A stretch of 64,000 nucleotides of DNA from Myxococcota bacterium (GTDB lineage: Bacteria > Myxococcota_A > UBA9160 > UBA4427), in assembly GCA_965250285.1 (NCBI GenBank), contig OZ252299.1, positions 3,104,001 through 3,168,000 on the forward strand, given 5' to 3'. Positions 1 to 10,087 of the stretch are shown here, piece after piece. Positions within the stretch are counted from its first letter, which is position 1; each line of letters begins with the position of its first letter. Made by a program: the position numbers and the translations under genes. A model generated the notes under the pieces. The model had not been told where the DNA came from. It made no database searches and saw only the letters and a list, made by a program, of their open reading frames with translations.

Positions 1-234
1 ACAGCGACTCTGTGCCTCCTCAGGCCGTCCCGACGGGACGTCGGGGCCCGTCTGCGTCCGCCGAAAACCCGCGCCGCCGCGGGGGGCGGTCACCATCGCC
101 GTCGGCACCACAGACCCGCCGTGAGCGCCGCGCGATGGCTTGTCCAGATCGGGAACACCGGTGCAACGAAAGCACGCTTCAGTCGCGCCTTCATCGCGTC
201 GAAGCGAACCCCGATCGGTCGTGCGCGCATCTAG

Positions 235-263
235 TTGAAAGAAGCAGGATCGGCCTCTACTAT
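235..263 (+). promoter_or_regulatory. sigma70-type promoter upstream of nqr operon
   Basis: TTGAAA (235-240), 17-nt spacer, TACTAT (258-263) in an otherwise GC-rich intergenic region. Confidence 0.6.
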
Positions 264-576
264 CCGCCGCGTTTCGACCCCCTGAAGGCTTCTCGCGGCT
301 CTACTCGGCTGATGCCCAGCGCGCCGCGGGCGATGAGAAACGGCAGGTCCGGCCCTGTACAGCCCGGCCGCGATCGAGCCGAGGGTGCGTCGAACGAGCC
401 GGACGAACGCGCCCCGAACGGGCCCCAGACCCGCCGGACGCAGCGCTCTGCACGAGCAAGTGCAGCGCAACGCAGACGGCGAGCTGCAGGCAAGCGACAG
501 CGCCGCAGGGCGCGATCAGGCAGAGCGGCGTCGATGCGAACGCTGCGCACAGACACGAAGGGTTGAACAGCCGCCG

Positions 577-1959
577 ATGGCCGTGCACAAGATCACCAAG
601 GGACTCGACCTCCCGCTCTCGGGCCGCCCGGTCCAGATCGTTCGAGAGACGGTCACGCCGACCCGCGTGGCCGTCATGGCCGACGACTTCCCGGGCATGA
701 AACCGCGCATGCACGTCGAGGAGGGGCAGACCGTCAAGCGCGGCCAGCTGCTCTTCGAGAATCGAAAGATCGAAGGCGTGCTGCACACCGCCCCGGCGGC
801 CGGGCGCGTCATCGCGATCCACCGCGGTGCCAAGCGCGCCCTGCAGTCGATCGTCATCGACCTGTCCGACGGCGAGCGGGCCGGCACGCCGGGCGACGAC
901 GAGTTCGCTTCGTTCACGACCTACACGGGCGGTGCCGTCGACGGCCTCGGCCGGCAGCAGGTCGTCGACCTGCTCGTCGAGAGCGGCGCCTGGACGGCGC
1001 TGCGCACGCGCCCCTTCAGCAAGACGCCCGCCACCGACTCGACGCCCGCCGCGGTCTTCGTGACGGCGATCGACACCAACCCCCACGCGCCGATCCCCGA
1101 GGTTGCACTCGAGGGCCGCGAGACCGACTTCGACGCTGGCCTGAAGGTGCTCTCGAAGCTCTGCCCCGATGGCCCGACGTTCCTGTGCGTGAGCGAGTTC
1201 TCGGATCTGCCCGACAAGCTCTCGGCCGATGTGAAGGTCGAGCGTTTCACCGGCCCCCATCCGGCCGGCACGGTCGGCCTGCACATCCATACCCTGCGAC
1301 CCGCGAGCCGCAACGTCGTCGTCTGGCACATCGGCTACCAGGAGGTGGCTTCGATCGGTCGCCTGTTCAGCACAGGCCGCGTCGACGTCGAGCGCATCGT
1401 GTCGATCGGCGGCCCCACGGTCGACGATCCGCGGCTCGTCCGCACGCGCCAGGGTGCGGCCACCGACGACATCTATCCGGCGCCTTCGGGCGGCCCCGAG
1501 CTGCGCGTCATCGCAGGCTCGGCGCTCTCGGGCAAGAAGGCCATGGGCGACGCGTTCGGCTTTCTCGGGCGCTTCGACAACCAGGTGACCGTGCTCGAAG
1601 AAGACCGCGAGAAGGTCTTCCTCGGCTGGCTCTCACCGGGCCCCGAGCGCTTCTCGACCAAGGGCATCTACGTGTCGAAGCTGATCCCGAACAAGCTGTT
1701 CGCGCTCGGCACGAGCACCAATGGCTCGCATCGCGCGATGGTGCCGATCGGGATGTACGAAGACATCATGCCCTTCGACATCCTGCCCACATATCTCCTG
1801 CGCAGCCTCATCGTCGGGGACATCGAGAAAGCCGAGCAACTCGGTGCTCTCGAGCTCGACGAAGAGGATCTCGCGCTCTGCACGTTCGTCGACCCGGGCA
1901 AGCACGAGTTTGGCCCGATCCTGCGACAGAACCTAGAGATGATCGAGAAAGAAGGATGA
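577..1959 (+). CDS. nqrA: Na(+)-translocating NADH:quinone reductase subunit A
   Basis: Starts MAVHKITKGLDLP; motifs RTRPFSK, GPHPAG, GALELDEEDLALCTFVDPGK; C-terminal IEKEG; first gene of nqr order. Start re-assigned to ATG 577. Confidence 0.95.
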   Translation: MAVHKITKGLDLPLSGRPVQIVRETVTPTRVAVMADDFPGMKPRMHVEEGQTVKRGQLLFENRKIEGVLHTAPAAGRVIAIHRGAKRALQSIVIDLSDGERAGTPGDDEFASFTTYTGGAVDGLGRQQVVDLLVESGAWTALRTRPFSKTPATDSTPAAVFVTAIDTNPHAPIPEVALEGRETDFDAGLKVLSKLCPDGPTFLCVSEFSDLPDKLSADVKVERFTGPHPAGTVGLHIHTLRPASRNVVVWHIGYQEVASIGRLFSTGRVDVERIVSIGGPTVDDPRLVRTRQGAATDDIYPAPSGGPELRVIAGSALSGKKAMGDAFGFLGRFDNQVTVLEEDREKVFLGWLSPGPERFSTKGIYVSKLIPNKLFALGTSTNGSHRAMVPIGMYEDIMPFDILPTYLLRSLIVGDIEKAEQLGALELDEEDLALCTFVDPGKHEFGPILRQNLEMIEKEG

Positions 1960-3176
1960 TCGACTGGCTCCGGAAGGTTCATGAGGACGCGGCGCCGCTC
2001 TTCGAGAAGGGCGGCAAGCTCGAGTTTCTCTATCCGATCTATGAGGCCCAGTTCACGGGCCTCTTCACGCCGGGTTCCGTGACGCGCACGGGCTCACACG
2101 TGCGCGACGGCATGGATCTCAAGCGGCTGATGTTCACGGTGATCATCGCGCTGCTGCCGTGCGTGTTGATGGCCATGTGGAACACCGGCTACCAGGCGCA
2201 GCTCGCGATCGCGAACGGCGCCACGCCGCTCGACAGCTGGCAGATGTGGCTCTGGGATTCGGTCGGCCTGTGGTTCGACTTCCGCAACCCGGCGCTCTGC
2301 ATCCTGTTCGGCGCGCTGCACTTCCTGCCGATCTACGCCGCCGCGATGCTGACCGGCGCGATCATCGAGCCTGGCTTCGCGATGATTCGCAGGCACGAGG
2401 TGAACGAGGGCTTCCTCGTCTCGGGCATCCTGATCCCGCTCACGCTGCCGCCGACGATTCCGCTCTGGATGGTCGCGATGGGCACGGCGTTCAGCCTGAT
2501 CCTCGCCAAGGAGATCTTCGGCGGTACGGGCATGAACTTCCTGAACCCGGCGCTCGTCGCCCGGGCCTTCCTGTTCTTCGCCTACCCCGCCTACATGAGC
2601 GGGGACGCCCCCTGGATCGCCGCCAACTTCATGGGCGTCGACTCGTTCAGCGGGGCGACGTGGCTCTCCCAGGCGGCGTCGACGAAGAACGCCCTCGACA
2701 ATGCCAGCTGGTGGGGCGCGTTCTCGGGCTTCGTCCCGGGCTCGATGGGCGAGACGTCGGCGCTCGCTGCGCTGCTCGGCGCCGGCCTGCTCGTCTGGAC
2801 CGGCATCGGGTCGTACCGCACGATGCTCGGGGTCACCGTCGGCACGTTCTTCATGGCGACGATCCTGAACGTGATCGGATCCGACTCGAACCCGATGTTC
2901 GCCGTGCCGTGGTACTGGCACATGGTGCTCGGCGGCTGGGCATTCGGGATGGTCTTCATGGCCACCGACCCGGTGTCGTCGGCGTTCACGAATCAGGGCA
3001 AGTGGGTGTATGGCGCGGGGATCGGCGTTCTGGTGATCCTGATCCGCGTGGTCAACCCGGCGTACCCCGAAGGCATGATGCTCGCGATCCTGTTCATGAA
3101 CATGTTCGCGCCGCTCATCGACCACTACGTCCTGCAGGCGAACATCAAGCGGAGGCTCGCGCGCAGTGCAGTATAG
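1956..3176 (+). CDS. nqrB: Na(+)-NQR subunit B
   Basis: HVRDGMDLKR, KEIFGGTG.NFLNPAL, flavinylation motif SGAT, FMATDPVS, YPEGMMLAIL; ATGA overlap with nqrA stop. Confidence 0.95.
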   Translation: MIDWLRKVHEDAAPLFEKGGKLEFLYPIYEAQFTGLFTPGSVTRTGSHVRDGMDLKRLMFTVIIALLPCVLMAMWNTGYQAQLAIANGATPLDSWQMWLWDSVGLWFDFRNPALCILFGALHFLPIYAAAMLTGAIIEPGFAMIRRHEVNEGFLVSGILIPLTLPPTIPLWMVAMGTAFSLILAKEIFGGTGMNFLNPALVARAFLFFAYPAYMSGDAPWIAANFMGVDSFSGATWLSQAASTKNALDNASWWGAFSGFVPGSMGETSALAALLGAGLLVWTGIGSYRTMLGVTVGTFFMATILNVIGSDSNPMFAVPWYWHMVLGGWAFGMVFMATDPVSSAFTNQGKWVYGAGIGVLVILIRVVNPAYPEGMMLAILFMNMFAPLIDHYVLQANIKRRLARSAV

Positions 3177-3948
3177 CGTTCAGTACATCGTCGGTTTCGC
3201 TGCGGCCGTTTGTGTCGTGTGCGCCCTCGCCGTCTCGGTGGCGGCCGTCGGGCTGCGCCCGATGCAGGTCGCGAACAAGCAGCTCGACCGGCAGAAGAAC
3301 GTGCTCAGTGTCTCGGGCCTCGTCGAATCGACCGACGACCTCGCGCCCGAAGACGTGAAGCGCATCTTCGAAGAATCGATCGTCGCGCGGGCGGTGAACC
3401 TCGAGACCGGCGAGTACGACGACGCGGTCGACGCCGCGACCTACGACCAGCTCAAGGCCGCCAAGGATCCCGCGACGAGCGATCCGGCGCCGCCGAACCC
3501 GTCGAAGATCACGCGCGTCCCGAAGGTCGCGGTGATCTACGAGGTGATGGATGGCGACCAGGTCTCACGGTTCATCCTGCCCATCGAGGGCATGGGCCTG
3601 TGGTCGACGCTCTATGGCTACATCGCAATCTCGGGGGCCGACAGCAACACGGTCGAAGGCATCACCTACTACGACCAGGCCGAGACCGCGGGCCTCGGCG
3701 GCGAGGTCGAGAACCCGAGCTGGAAGGCTCTGTGGCCCGGGCGACGCATCTACAACAAGAGCTGGCAGCCCGTGATCAAGGTCAAGAAGGGGGCCGCCGG
3801 CCCGCCCGCCACCGACCCCTACGAGGTCGACGGGCTCTCGGGCGCCACCCTCACGAGCAATGGCGTGACGAACATGCTCCGGTTCTGGATGGGGAATGAC
3901 GGGTTCGGCCCGTTCCTCTCCAACTACCGGGCGGCGAAGGGGATCTGA
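3166..3948 (+). CDS. nqrC: Na(+)-NQR subunit C
   Basis: N-terminal [36 protein letters not shown]-attachment motif. Confidence 0.95.
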   Translation: MQYSVQYIVGFAAAVCVVCALAVSVAAVGLRPMQVANKQLDRQKNVLSVSGLVESTDDLAPEDVKRIFEESIVARAVNLETGEYDDAVDAATYDQLKAAKDPATSDPAPPNPSKITRVPKVAVIYEVMDGDQVSRFILPIEGMGLWSTLYGYIAISGADSNTVEGITYYDQAETAGLGGEVENPSWKALWPGRRIYNKSWQPVIKVKKGAAGPPATDPYEVDGLSGATLTSNGVTNMLRFWMGNDGFGPFLSNYRAAKGI

Positions 3949-4616
3949 TGGCAGCTGATCGCGAAACGCTTCTCGACCCGCTCTTCAACAACAATCCGAT
4001 CGGCCTGCAGGTGCTCGGCATCTGCTCGGCACTCGCGGTGACGACCCAGATGCGGGTCTCTCTCGTGATGTGTCTGGCGGTGATCGCGGTGGTGACGTTC
4101 TCGAACCTCGCCGTCAGCTTGATCCGCAACCTGATCCCGCCGTCGATCCGCATCATCGTGCAGCTGGCGATCATCGCGTCGCTGGTCATCGTGACCGACC
4201 AGGTGCTCAAGGCCTATTCGTACGACGTGAGCAAACAGCTCTCGGTCTTCGTCGGCCTCATCATCACGAACTGCATCGTGATGGGCCGCGCCGAAGCCTT
4301 CGCCATGCAGAACGGGCCTCGCCTCGCGATTCTCGACGGCCTGGGCAACGGCCTCGGCTACTCGGTCGTGCTGCTCGCCGTCGCGTTCTTCCGAGAGCTC
4401 TTCGGCACGGGCAAGCTCTTCGGCTTCGCGATCTTCCAGACGACGACCGAAGGCGGCTGGTACATCTCCAACGGCCTGATGCTGATGCCGCCGGCGGCAT
4501 TCTTCCTGATCGGCATCTTCATCTGGGCCGTGCGTTCTTGGAAACCCGAACAGGTAGAGGAAGACTTCCATGTTGGAGCACTACTTGAGCTTGGCAACGA
4601 AGGCCATATTCGTTGA
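3948..4616 (+). CDS. nqrD: Na(+)-NQR subunit D
   Basis: [40 protein letters not shown]. Confidence 0.95.
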   Translation: MAADRETLLDPLFNNNPIGLQVLGICSALAVTTQMRVSLVMCLAVIAVVTFSNLAVSLIRNLIPPSIRIIVQLAIIASLVIVTDQVLKAYSYDVSKQLSVFVGLIITNCIVMGRAEAFAMQNGPRLAILDGLGNGLGYSVVLLAVAFFRELFGTGKLFGFAIFQTTTEGGWYISNGLMLMPPAAFFLIGIFIWAVRSWKPEQVEEDFHVGALLELGNEGHIR

Positions 4617-5169
4617 GAACATGGCCCTCGCCTTCTTCCTCGGCATGTGTTCGTTCCTCGCCGTGTCGAAGAAGGTCGAGACAGCAGTCGGGCTCGGTTG
4701 GGCGGTCATCTTCGTCCTCACGGTCACGACGCCGCTGAATCAGATCCTGTCGAAGGCGTTTCTCGAAGATGGCGCGATCATCGAGGGCGTCGACCTGTCG
4801 TTCCTGAGCTTTCTGACGCTCATTGGCACGATTGCGGCCACTGTCCAGATCGTCGAGATGGTGATCGATAAGTACTCGCCCGAGCTGTACAACTCGCTGG
4901 GCGTGTTCTTGCCGCTCATCGCGGTGAACTGCGCAATTCTCGGCGCGTCACTGTTCATGGTCGAGCGCGACTACACGCTGGGCGAGGCCACGGTCTTCGG
5001 CCTCGGCTCGGGCATCGGCTGGGCCATCGCGATCATCGCGCTGGCCGCGATCCGCGAGCGGCTGCACTACAGCGACGTGCCGGCTCCTTTGCGGGGTCTC
5101 GGCATCACATTCATTGTCGTGGGACTGATGAGCCTCGGCTTTCTGTCCTTCTCTGGCATTCAGCTCTAA
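4570..5169 (+). CDS. nqrE: Na(+)-NQR subunit E
   Basis: [35 protein letters not shown]-terminal FSGIQL. Confidence 0.95.
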   Translation: MLEHYLSLATKAIFVENMALAFFLGMCSFLAVSKKVETAVGLGWAVIFVLTVTTPLNQILSKAFLEDGAIIEGVDLSFLSFLTLIGTIAATVQIVEMVIDKYSPELYNSLGVFLPLIAVNCAILGASLFMVERDYTLGEATVFGLGSGIGWAIAIIALAAIRERLHYSDVPAPLRGLGITFIVVGLMSLGFLSFSGIQL

Positions 5170-5220
5170 GCGAGGCCTGCGGGCCCTCGCTGCGACAACC
5201 CCCTCCAGGAGCACAATCGG

Positions 5221-6444
5221 ATGGAGATCGTCTACGGCGTCGCTGGGTTCACGGTGGTGATTCTCTCCCTCGTGGCCATCCTCATGTTCGCACGGCGTTA
5301 CCTGGTCTCGTCGGGTGACGTGAAGATCGAGATCAACGACGACCCCGAGCACACGCTCACGACGGCGGCCGGCGGCACGCTCCTCGGCACCCTCGCCGCG
5401 AACAAGATCTTCATCCCGTCGGCTTGCGGCGGCCAGGGCACCTGCGGTGTCTGCGAGGTCAAGGTGCACGAGGGCGGCGGATCACTGCTGCCGACCGAGA
5501 CGACGCACATCAACCGGGGCCAGGCCCGGGAGGGCTATCGCCTCTCCTGTCAGGTCAAGGTGAAGCAGGACATGAAGATCGAGGTGCCCGCCGAGATCTT
5601 CAGCATCCGCAAGTGGAAGTGCAAGGTCCGCTCGAACCACAACGTGGCCACCTTCATCAAGGAGCTGGTCCTCGAGCTCCCCGCCGGCGAAGAGGTGCCG
5701 TTCCGTGCGGGCGGCTACATCCAGATCGAGTGCCCGCCGCACGTCGTCGAGTACAAGAGCTTCGATGTCGAAGACGAGTACCGTGAGGATTGGGACAAGT
5801 TCGACCAGTGGCGCTACGTCTCGAAGGTCGAAGAAGACCTCACGCGCGCCTACTCGATGGCGAACTACCCCGGCGAGCAGGGCATCATCATGCTCAACGT
5901 GCGCATCGCCTCGCCCCCGCCGCGCACACCCGACGTTCCGCCCGGGCAGATGAGCTCGTACATCTTCGACCTGAAGCCGGGGGACGAGGTCACGATCTCG
6001 GGCCCGTACGGTGAGTTCTACGCACGCGAGACCCAGAACGAGATGATCTTCATCGGCGGTGGCGCGGGCATGGCCCCGATGAGGTCGCACATCTTCGACC
6101 AGTTCAAGCGTCTCTCGACCGATCGCAAGGTCTCGTTCTGGTACGGCGCGCGTTCGCTGCGCGAGGCATTCTACGTCGAAGACTTCGATTCGATCGCGGC
6201 TGACAACGAGAACTTCGACTGGCACCTCGCTCTCTCGGAGCCCCTCGACGAAGACAACTGGTCGGGCCTGCGCGGCTTCATCCACCAGGTGCTCTTCGAC
6301 GAGTACCTGAAGAACCACCCGTCGCCGGAAGACTGCGAGTACTACATCTGTGGTCCGCCGATGATGAACGACGCGGTCATCCAGATGCTGACCGACCTCG
6401 GCGTCGAGCGTGAGAACATCATGTTCGACGACTTCGGCGGCTAG
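5221..6444 (+). CDS. nqrF: Na(+)-NQR subunit F (2Fe-2S/FAD/NADH)
   Basis: [12 protein letters not shown] and RLSCQ 2Fe-2S motifs, [25 protein letters not shown], ends DDFGG. Confidence 0.97.
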   Translation: MEIVYGVAGFTVVILSLVAILMFARRYLVSSGDVKIEINDDPEHTLTTAAGGTLLGTLAANKIFIPSACGGQGTCGVCEVKVHEGGGSLLPTETTHINRGQAREGYRLSCQVKVKQDMKIEVPAEIFSIRKWKCKVRSNHNVATFIKELVLELPAGEEVPFRAGGYIQIECPPHVVEYKSFDVEDEYREDWDKFDQWRYVSKVEEDLTRAYSMANYPGEQGIIMLNVRIASPPPRTPDVPPGQMSSYIFDLKPGDEVTISGPYGEFYARETQNEMIFIGGGAGMAPMRSHIFDQFKRLSTDRKVSFWYGARSLREAFYVEDFDSIAADNENFDWHLALSEPLDEDNWSGLRGFIHQVLFDEYLKNHPSPEDCEYYICGPPMMNDAVIQMLTDLGVERENIMFDDFGG

Positions 6445-6472
6445 CGGAGCCCGCCCCCTGCCCGAGCGACCC

Positions 6473-7549
6473 ATGACGCCGAGGATCGCGATCACGCTCG
6501 TGATCCTCGCCGTCCTGCTCGCCTGGCTGTCGATCCATCGGCTCTACTTCGCCGACACCCCCGGCCCCTATCTGGCCTTCTCCGGCCATACGATGGGGAC
6601 GACCTGGGAGGTGAAGGTCGCGCGCGCCGACCTCTCTCCCGACGCGATGCGCGCGATCGGCGCCACGATCGATGACAGCCTGGCTCGCGTCGATGCCGCG
6701 CTCTCGACCTGGCGCGCCGACTCGGAGATCTCGCGCTTCAACGCCGACACCACCACCGAGCCGTTTGCCGCCGGGCCCGACCTGCTCGCAGTGGTCGAGG
6801 CGGCCGAAGCCGTCAGCCGCGCGACGGGCGGCGCCTTCGACATCACGGTCGGACCGCTGGTCGAAGCCTGGGGGTTCGGACGCGCCGCGAGCGAGCTCGA
6901 CGTCGAGCCGCCCTCGCCCGAAGCGCTCGAGCGGCTGCGCAGCCGGGTCGGGTGGCAGTCGATCGAAGTCGATCGCGCGCGGGGCACGCTGCGCAAGCGC
7001 CGCCCCGACATCGAGCTCGACGTGTCGGCCATCGCCAAGGGATACGGCGTCGATGCCATCGCCGCTGCGCTCGAACAGCTCGGCTACCAGAACTATCTGG
7101 TCGAGATCGGCGGCGAGCTGCGCGCCCGCGGACGGCGCCTCGACGGCACCCCCTTTCGGGTCGCGATCGAAGAGCCTGATCCCCAGGTGCGGCGGATCCA
7201 CCGCGTGATCGAGATCGGCGACGCGAGCATGGCGACCTCGGGCGACTACCGAAGCTGGCGCGAGATCGACGGCGTGCGCGTGTCGCACACACTCGACCCG
7301 CGCGTGGGTCGCCCCATCGAGCATGGGCTCGCATCGGTCACCGTGCTCCAGCCGAGCGCCATGTGGGCCGATGCGTGGGCCACGGCGCTGAGCGTCGTCG
7401 GGCCCGAGGCGGGGCTCGTGCTCGCCCGCAACCGGGACATGCCGGCCTACTTCATCGTGCATACCGCCGGGGGCGGCTTCGACACGATCGAGACCCCGGC
7501 CTTCACCGCCCGCTACGGAGCCGATGCCCCGCCGGCGGCATCGAAGTAG
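6473..7549 (+). CDS. apbE: FAD:protein FMN transferase (ApbE), nqr-associated
   Basis: TMGTTW, DSEISRFN, FDITVGPLV, DVSAIAKGYGVD, EIGGE, ATSGDY, ADAWATA; follows nqrF. Confidence 0.93.
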   Translation: MTPRIAITLVILAVLLAWLSIHRLYFADTPGPYLAFSGHTMGTTWEVKVARADLSPDAMRAIGATIDDSLARVDAALSTWRADSEISRFNADTTTEPFAAGPDLLAVVEAAEAVSRATGGAFDITVGPLVEAWGFGRAASELDVEPPSPEALERLRSRVGWQSIEVDRARGTLRKRRPDIELDVSAIAKGYGVDAIAAALEQLGYQNYLVEIGGELRARGRRLDGTPFRVAIEEPDPQVRRIHRVIEIGDASMATSGDYRSWREIDGVRVSHTLDPRVGRPIEHGLASVTVLQPSAMWADAWATALSVVGPEAGLVLARNRDMPAYFIVHTAGGGFDTIETPAFTARYGADAPPAASK

Positions 7550-7578
7550 CATTCGCACGCCCCCACCTGGAGCCGCCC

Positions 7579-7770
7579 GTGCAGACGATTCTCGCAGCGA
7601 TCGCCGTCTTCGCCCTCGCCATGGCCGGCATGGCCGTGGGCGTGATCTTCTCGAATCGCCGCCTGCAGGGCTCGTGCGGCGGCACCGGCCGAGACTGCAC
7701 CTGCGATCCCGCCACGCGGGACGACTGCGACCTGAAGAAGGCCGCGGAGGCGGCCGGCCAAGCGGGCTGA
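7579..7770 (+). CDS. nqrM: NQR maturation factor NqrM (DUF539-like)
   Basis: GTG start, single TM then LQGSCGG..C.C......C Cys pattern, located after apbE in the nqr operon. Confidence 0.85.
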   Translation: MQTILAAIAVFALAMAGMAVGVIFSNRRLQGSCGGTGRDCTCDPATRDDCDLKKAAEAAGQAG

Positions 7771-7791
7771 GCGACGCCGGAGCGCACTGAC

Positions 7792-8850
7792 TCAGTGCGC
7801 TTCACCGGCCCTCGACGACGCAGGCGCAGGAGCCCAGTAGCGTGCGAAGCCGCTGCTCTCGATCGTTTTGCCGTCCTCGAACTGCACCCAGGTCTCCAGG
7901 CGCGCGCGCTGTGCGAGCGCCTCTCCCTCTCGGGCGTCGAGCACCAGCAACGCCGTGCTCCAGACCTCGGCGTCGGTCGCCGAGGGCCCCACCGCCACGG
8001 CTGTCCTCGGCGCATCGACCGTGAGCCCCGTTCGCGGGTCGATGACATGGCCCACTCGGCGCGCTCCGATGTCGGACGTATCGCCGAGGCTCGAAGAGAC
8101 CGACACGGCCCGGTCGACCAGCTCGAGCACGCGCCCTGACTCCGCCGGGCTGCGCGCGTCGACTTCGAGGCGCCACGGCCCACCGCCGGGCGCCTCGCCG
8201 ATGGCCCAGACACTGCTCCCGCCGAAATCGAGCAAACCTCGCTCGATCCCGCGGCGCCGCAGCCCCTCGCGTACGATGTCGAGGGCGTAGCCCTTCGCGA
8301 TGCCACCGAGGTCGATGGCGCTGCCGCGTCGACGGAGCCCGAGCTCGCTGTCATCCTCGATCACGATGCCATCGAATCCGACCAGGGCTCGCGCGGTCGC
8401 CACCTCGTCGGGGCTCGGCCACGACTGCCGATCGGCCGCGCTCCACCACAGCGCGATCAGCGGCCCGACTGTGACGTCGAAGGCACCGCGCGTCGCGTAG
8501 CCCGCCTCGCGCGACCGACTGAGCAGCGCGTGCAGATGCGACGAGTAGCCGGCGCGCGGAGCGCGCCCCGCATCGGCATTCAGCCGGGAGAGTTCGCTGT
8601 CGCTCCGGTGGCGCGACGCCACGGCCTCGATCGACGCGACCTGGTCGAAGCTCCACTCGAGCGCGGCCCGGAGCGCTTCTGGGTCATCCCCCACGAGCGT
8701 GACGTCGAGGATCGTCCCCATCAGGTAGCGGCCGTCTCCGACCGAGTGTGGGGGAGCAATGGGCGGCGGCGTGTCTGGATGCGTGCAGTGCGTGAGCACG
8801 ACCATCACGCAGATGGGCAGGAACCCCAGCGCGGGGCGCCGCCGCTTCAT
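7792..8850 (-). CDS. apbE: second FAD:protein FMN transferase (ApbE), probable lipoprotein
   Basis: LMGT, DSELSRLN, FDVTVGPL, DLGGIAKGYALD, HVIDPRTG, AEVWSTA; signal peptide ending LTHC. Confidence 0.9.
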   Translation of the reverse strand: MKRRRPALGFLPICVMVVLTHCTHPDTPPPIAPPHSVGDGRYLMGTILDVTLVGDDPEALRAALEWSFDQVASIEAVASRHRSDSELSRLNADAGRAPRAGYSSHLHALLSRSREAGYATRGAFDVTVGPLIALWWSAADRQSWPSPDEVATARALVGFDGIVIEDDSELGLRRRGSAIDLGGIAKGYALDIVREGLRRRGIERGLLDFGGSSVWAIGEAPGGGPWRLEVDARSPAESGRVLELVDRAVSVSSSLGDTSDIGARRVGHVIDPRTGLTVDAPRTAVAVGPSATDAEVWSTALLVLDAREGEALAQRARLETWVQFEDGKTIESSGFARYWAPAPASSRAGEAH

Positions 8851-9401
8851 TCGCGGTCGATCGCGATTCGGTCGGCGGGCGAAGCCGGAGCGGTGCCCGC
8901 TGCGCCGCCGGCGTAGTTGCGTCCCTGTCCGCCGGCAAATGTCGACCAGAGGGACACCCCGACCAGCACGGCGAGGCTGATCTGCAGGGACAGGAACCCG
9001 AGCACCTTCACGATCGCGAAGCCGGGATCAACGAACCGAACGAGCCAGCCCGCCCCTTCACTCACGAATCCAGCCAGAAAGGGCACCGCGATGAGCCAGG
9101 CCTTCGTGGTGTTCTTCGCCGGGATGAACAGCATCAGGTGAGTGAGCACCAGCAGCAGCATGCCAAAGGCGAACAGATGGAAGTGCGAGAGCTCGAGCAA
9201 TCCCTGATAGCTTCGGGGTGACGTGAACTGTTCGGGATCGCCGAGGTAGTGCGCAACGACCGATGAGGGTGTGAGGCTCATCTTGTCGAAGTAGAGCAGC
9301 GCGTTCGTAACCCAGAGCAGCGCCACGTAGAGTGCATAGAGCACGACGATGGTCTGGAGCAGTCGATTGCGATTCCACTCGCCGGTGATCACGAATCGCA
9401 T
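8847..9401 (-). CDS. 4-TM membrane protein with His-rich helix (putative cytochrome b-like)
   Basis: Four hydrophobic segments; SHFHLFAFGMLLLVLTH; ATGA overlap with downstream apbE. Function is inferred. Confidence 0.75.
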   Translation of the reverse strand: MRFVITGEWNRNRLLQTIVVLYALYVALLWVTNALLYFDKMSLTPSSVVAHYLGDPEQFTSPRSYQGLLELSHFHLFAFGMLLLVLTHLMLFIPAKNTTKAWLIAVPFLAGFVSEGAGWLVRFVDPGFAIVKVLGFLSLQISLAVLVGVSLWSTFAGGQGRNYAGGAAGTAPASPADRIAIDRE

Positions 9402-9443
9402 CGCGCCCTGTTCCCGTCCTCGGTGTGCCCGCGCTGCCGCTGC

Positions 9444-10058
9444 TCAGCCGGCCGATTCGCTCGTCGTCTCACGGGCCTCGTTCGCGCGGGCGAGGGCCGG
9501 CTGAACGATGAGATGGTAGAACGCGAGCATGTGTCGCACGGCCTCTGAGGCGGCCCGTGCGGACAGCGTCGAGCCCACGACGCCATGGATGTCGCGCCCG
9601 ACACGCAGCGGCGCCTCTCGGTCGCTCCCATTGAACTGGTCATACCAGTTGCCCGCCGGAAGGTAATCGAGCGGCTCGTGGAAAGCGAGAATGCGCACCG
9701 ATCGCACGGCGCCTTCGGGCGTCAGCACGATCAGCAGAGCTTCGGGTTTCGTGCGCACGTTGTGCACAGAGATATGGGCGTAGCCGATCACCCCATCCGC
9801 ACCCCGCGCCGTGTACAAGGTGACGAGTCGCGAAGCGAGACGCGCGCGAGCGTGCTGTTCGCACTGATCGGCCAAGCGGTCGTTCAGGACGTGCGTCTTC
9901 TCGTCGATGCGTACCGCGTCGGGAAACGCTTCGGCGAGCGCGTCCTTGCGGCCGGCGAACACCTTCGCGTCCGCGGCGAGCGGTGCGACGACGAGGGCCA
10001 CGAGGACGATGCTGGCGATCGCAGTGGTGGCCCCGAGGCCCCGTGCGTTGGCTTGCAC
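9444..10058 (-). CDS. exported FMN-binding domain protein
   Basis: Signal peptide (APLAADA), VRILAFHEPLDYLP..W..QF, C-terminal IHGVVGSTLSARA resembling the FMN_bind flavinylation site; next to apbE. Confidence 0.8.
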   Translation of the reverse strand: MQANARGLGATTAIASIVLVALVVAPLAADAKVFAGRKDALAEAFPDAVRIDEKTHVLNDRLADQCEQHARARLASRLVTLYTARGADGVIGYAHISVHNVRTKPEALLIVLTPEGAVRSVRILAFHEPLDYLPAGNWYDQFNGSDREAPLRVGRDIHGVVGSTLSARAASEAVRHMLAFYHLIVQPALARANEARETTSESAG

Positions 10059-10087
10059 CCGATGACTCCTGACTGGTGGGCGAGCGC

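Noticed and set aside
12..566. 184-aa ORF upstream of nqrA
   Set aside because: Low-complexity Arg-rich translation that spans the predicted promoter; no RBS or family motifs
1185..1955. Long N-terminal extension of NqrB in the ORF track
   Set aside because: Alternate frame of nqrA; the real start is the ATGA-coupled codon at 1956. The same logic was applied to extensions of several other track ORFs
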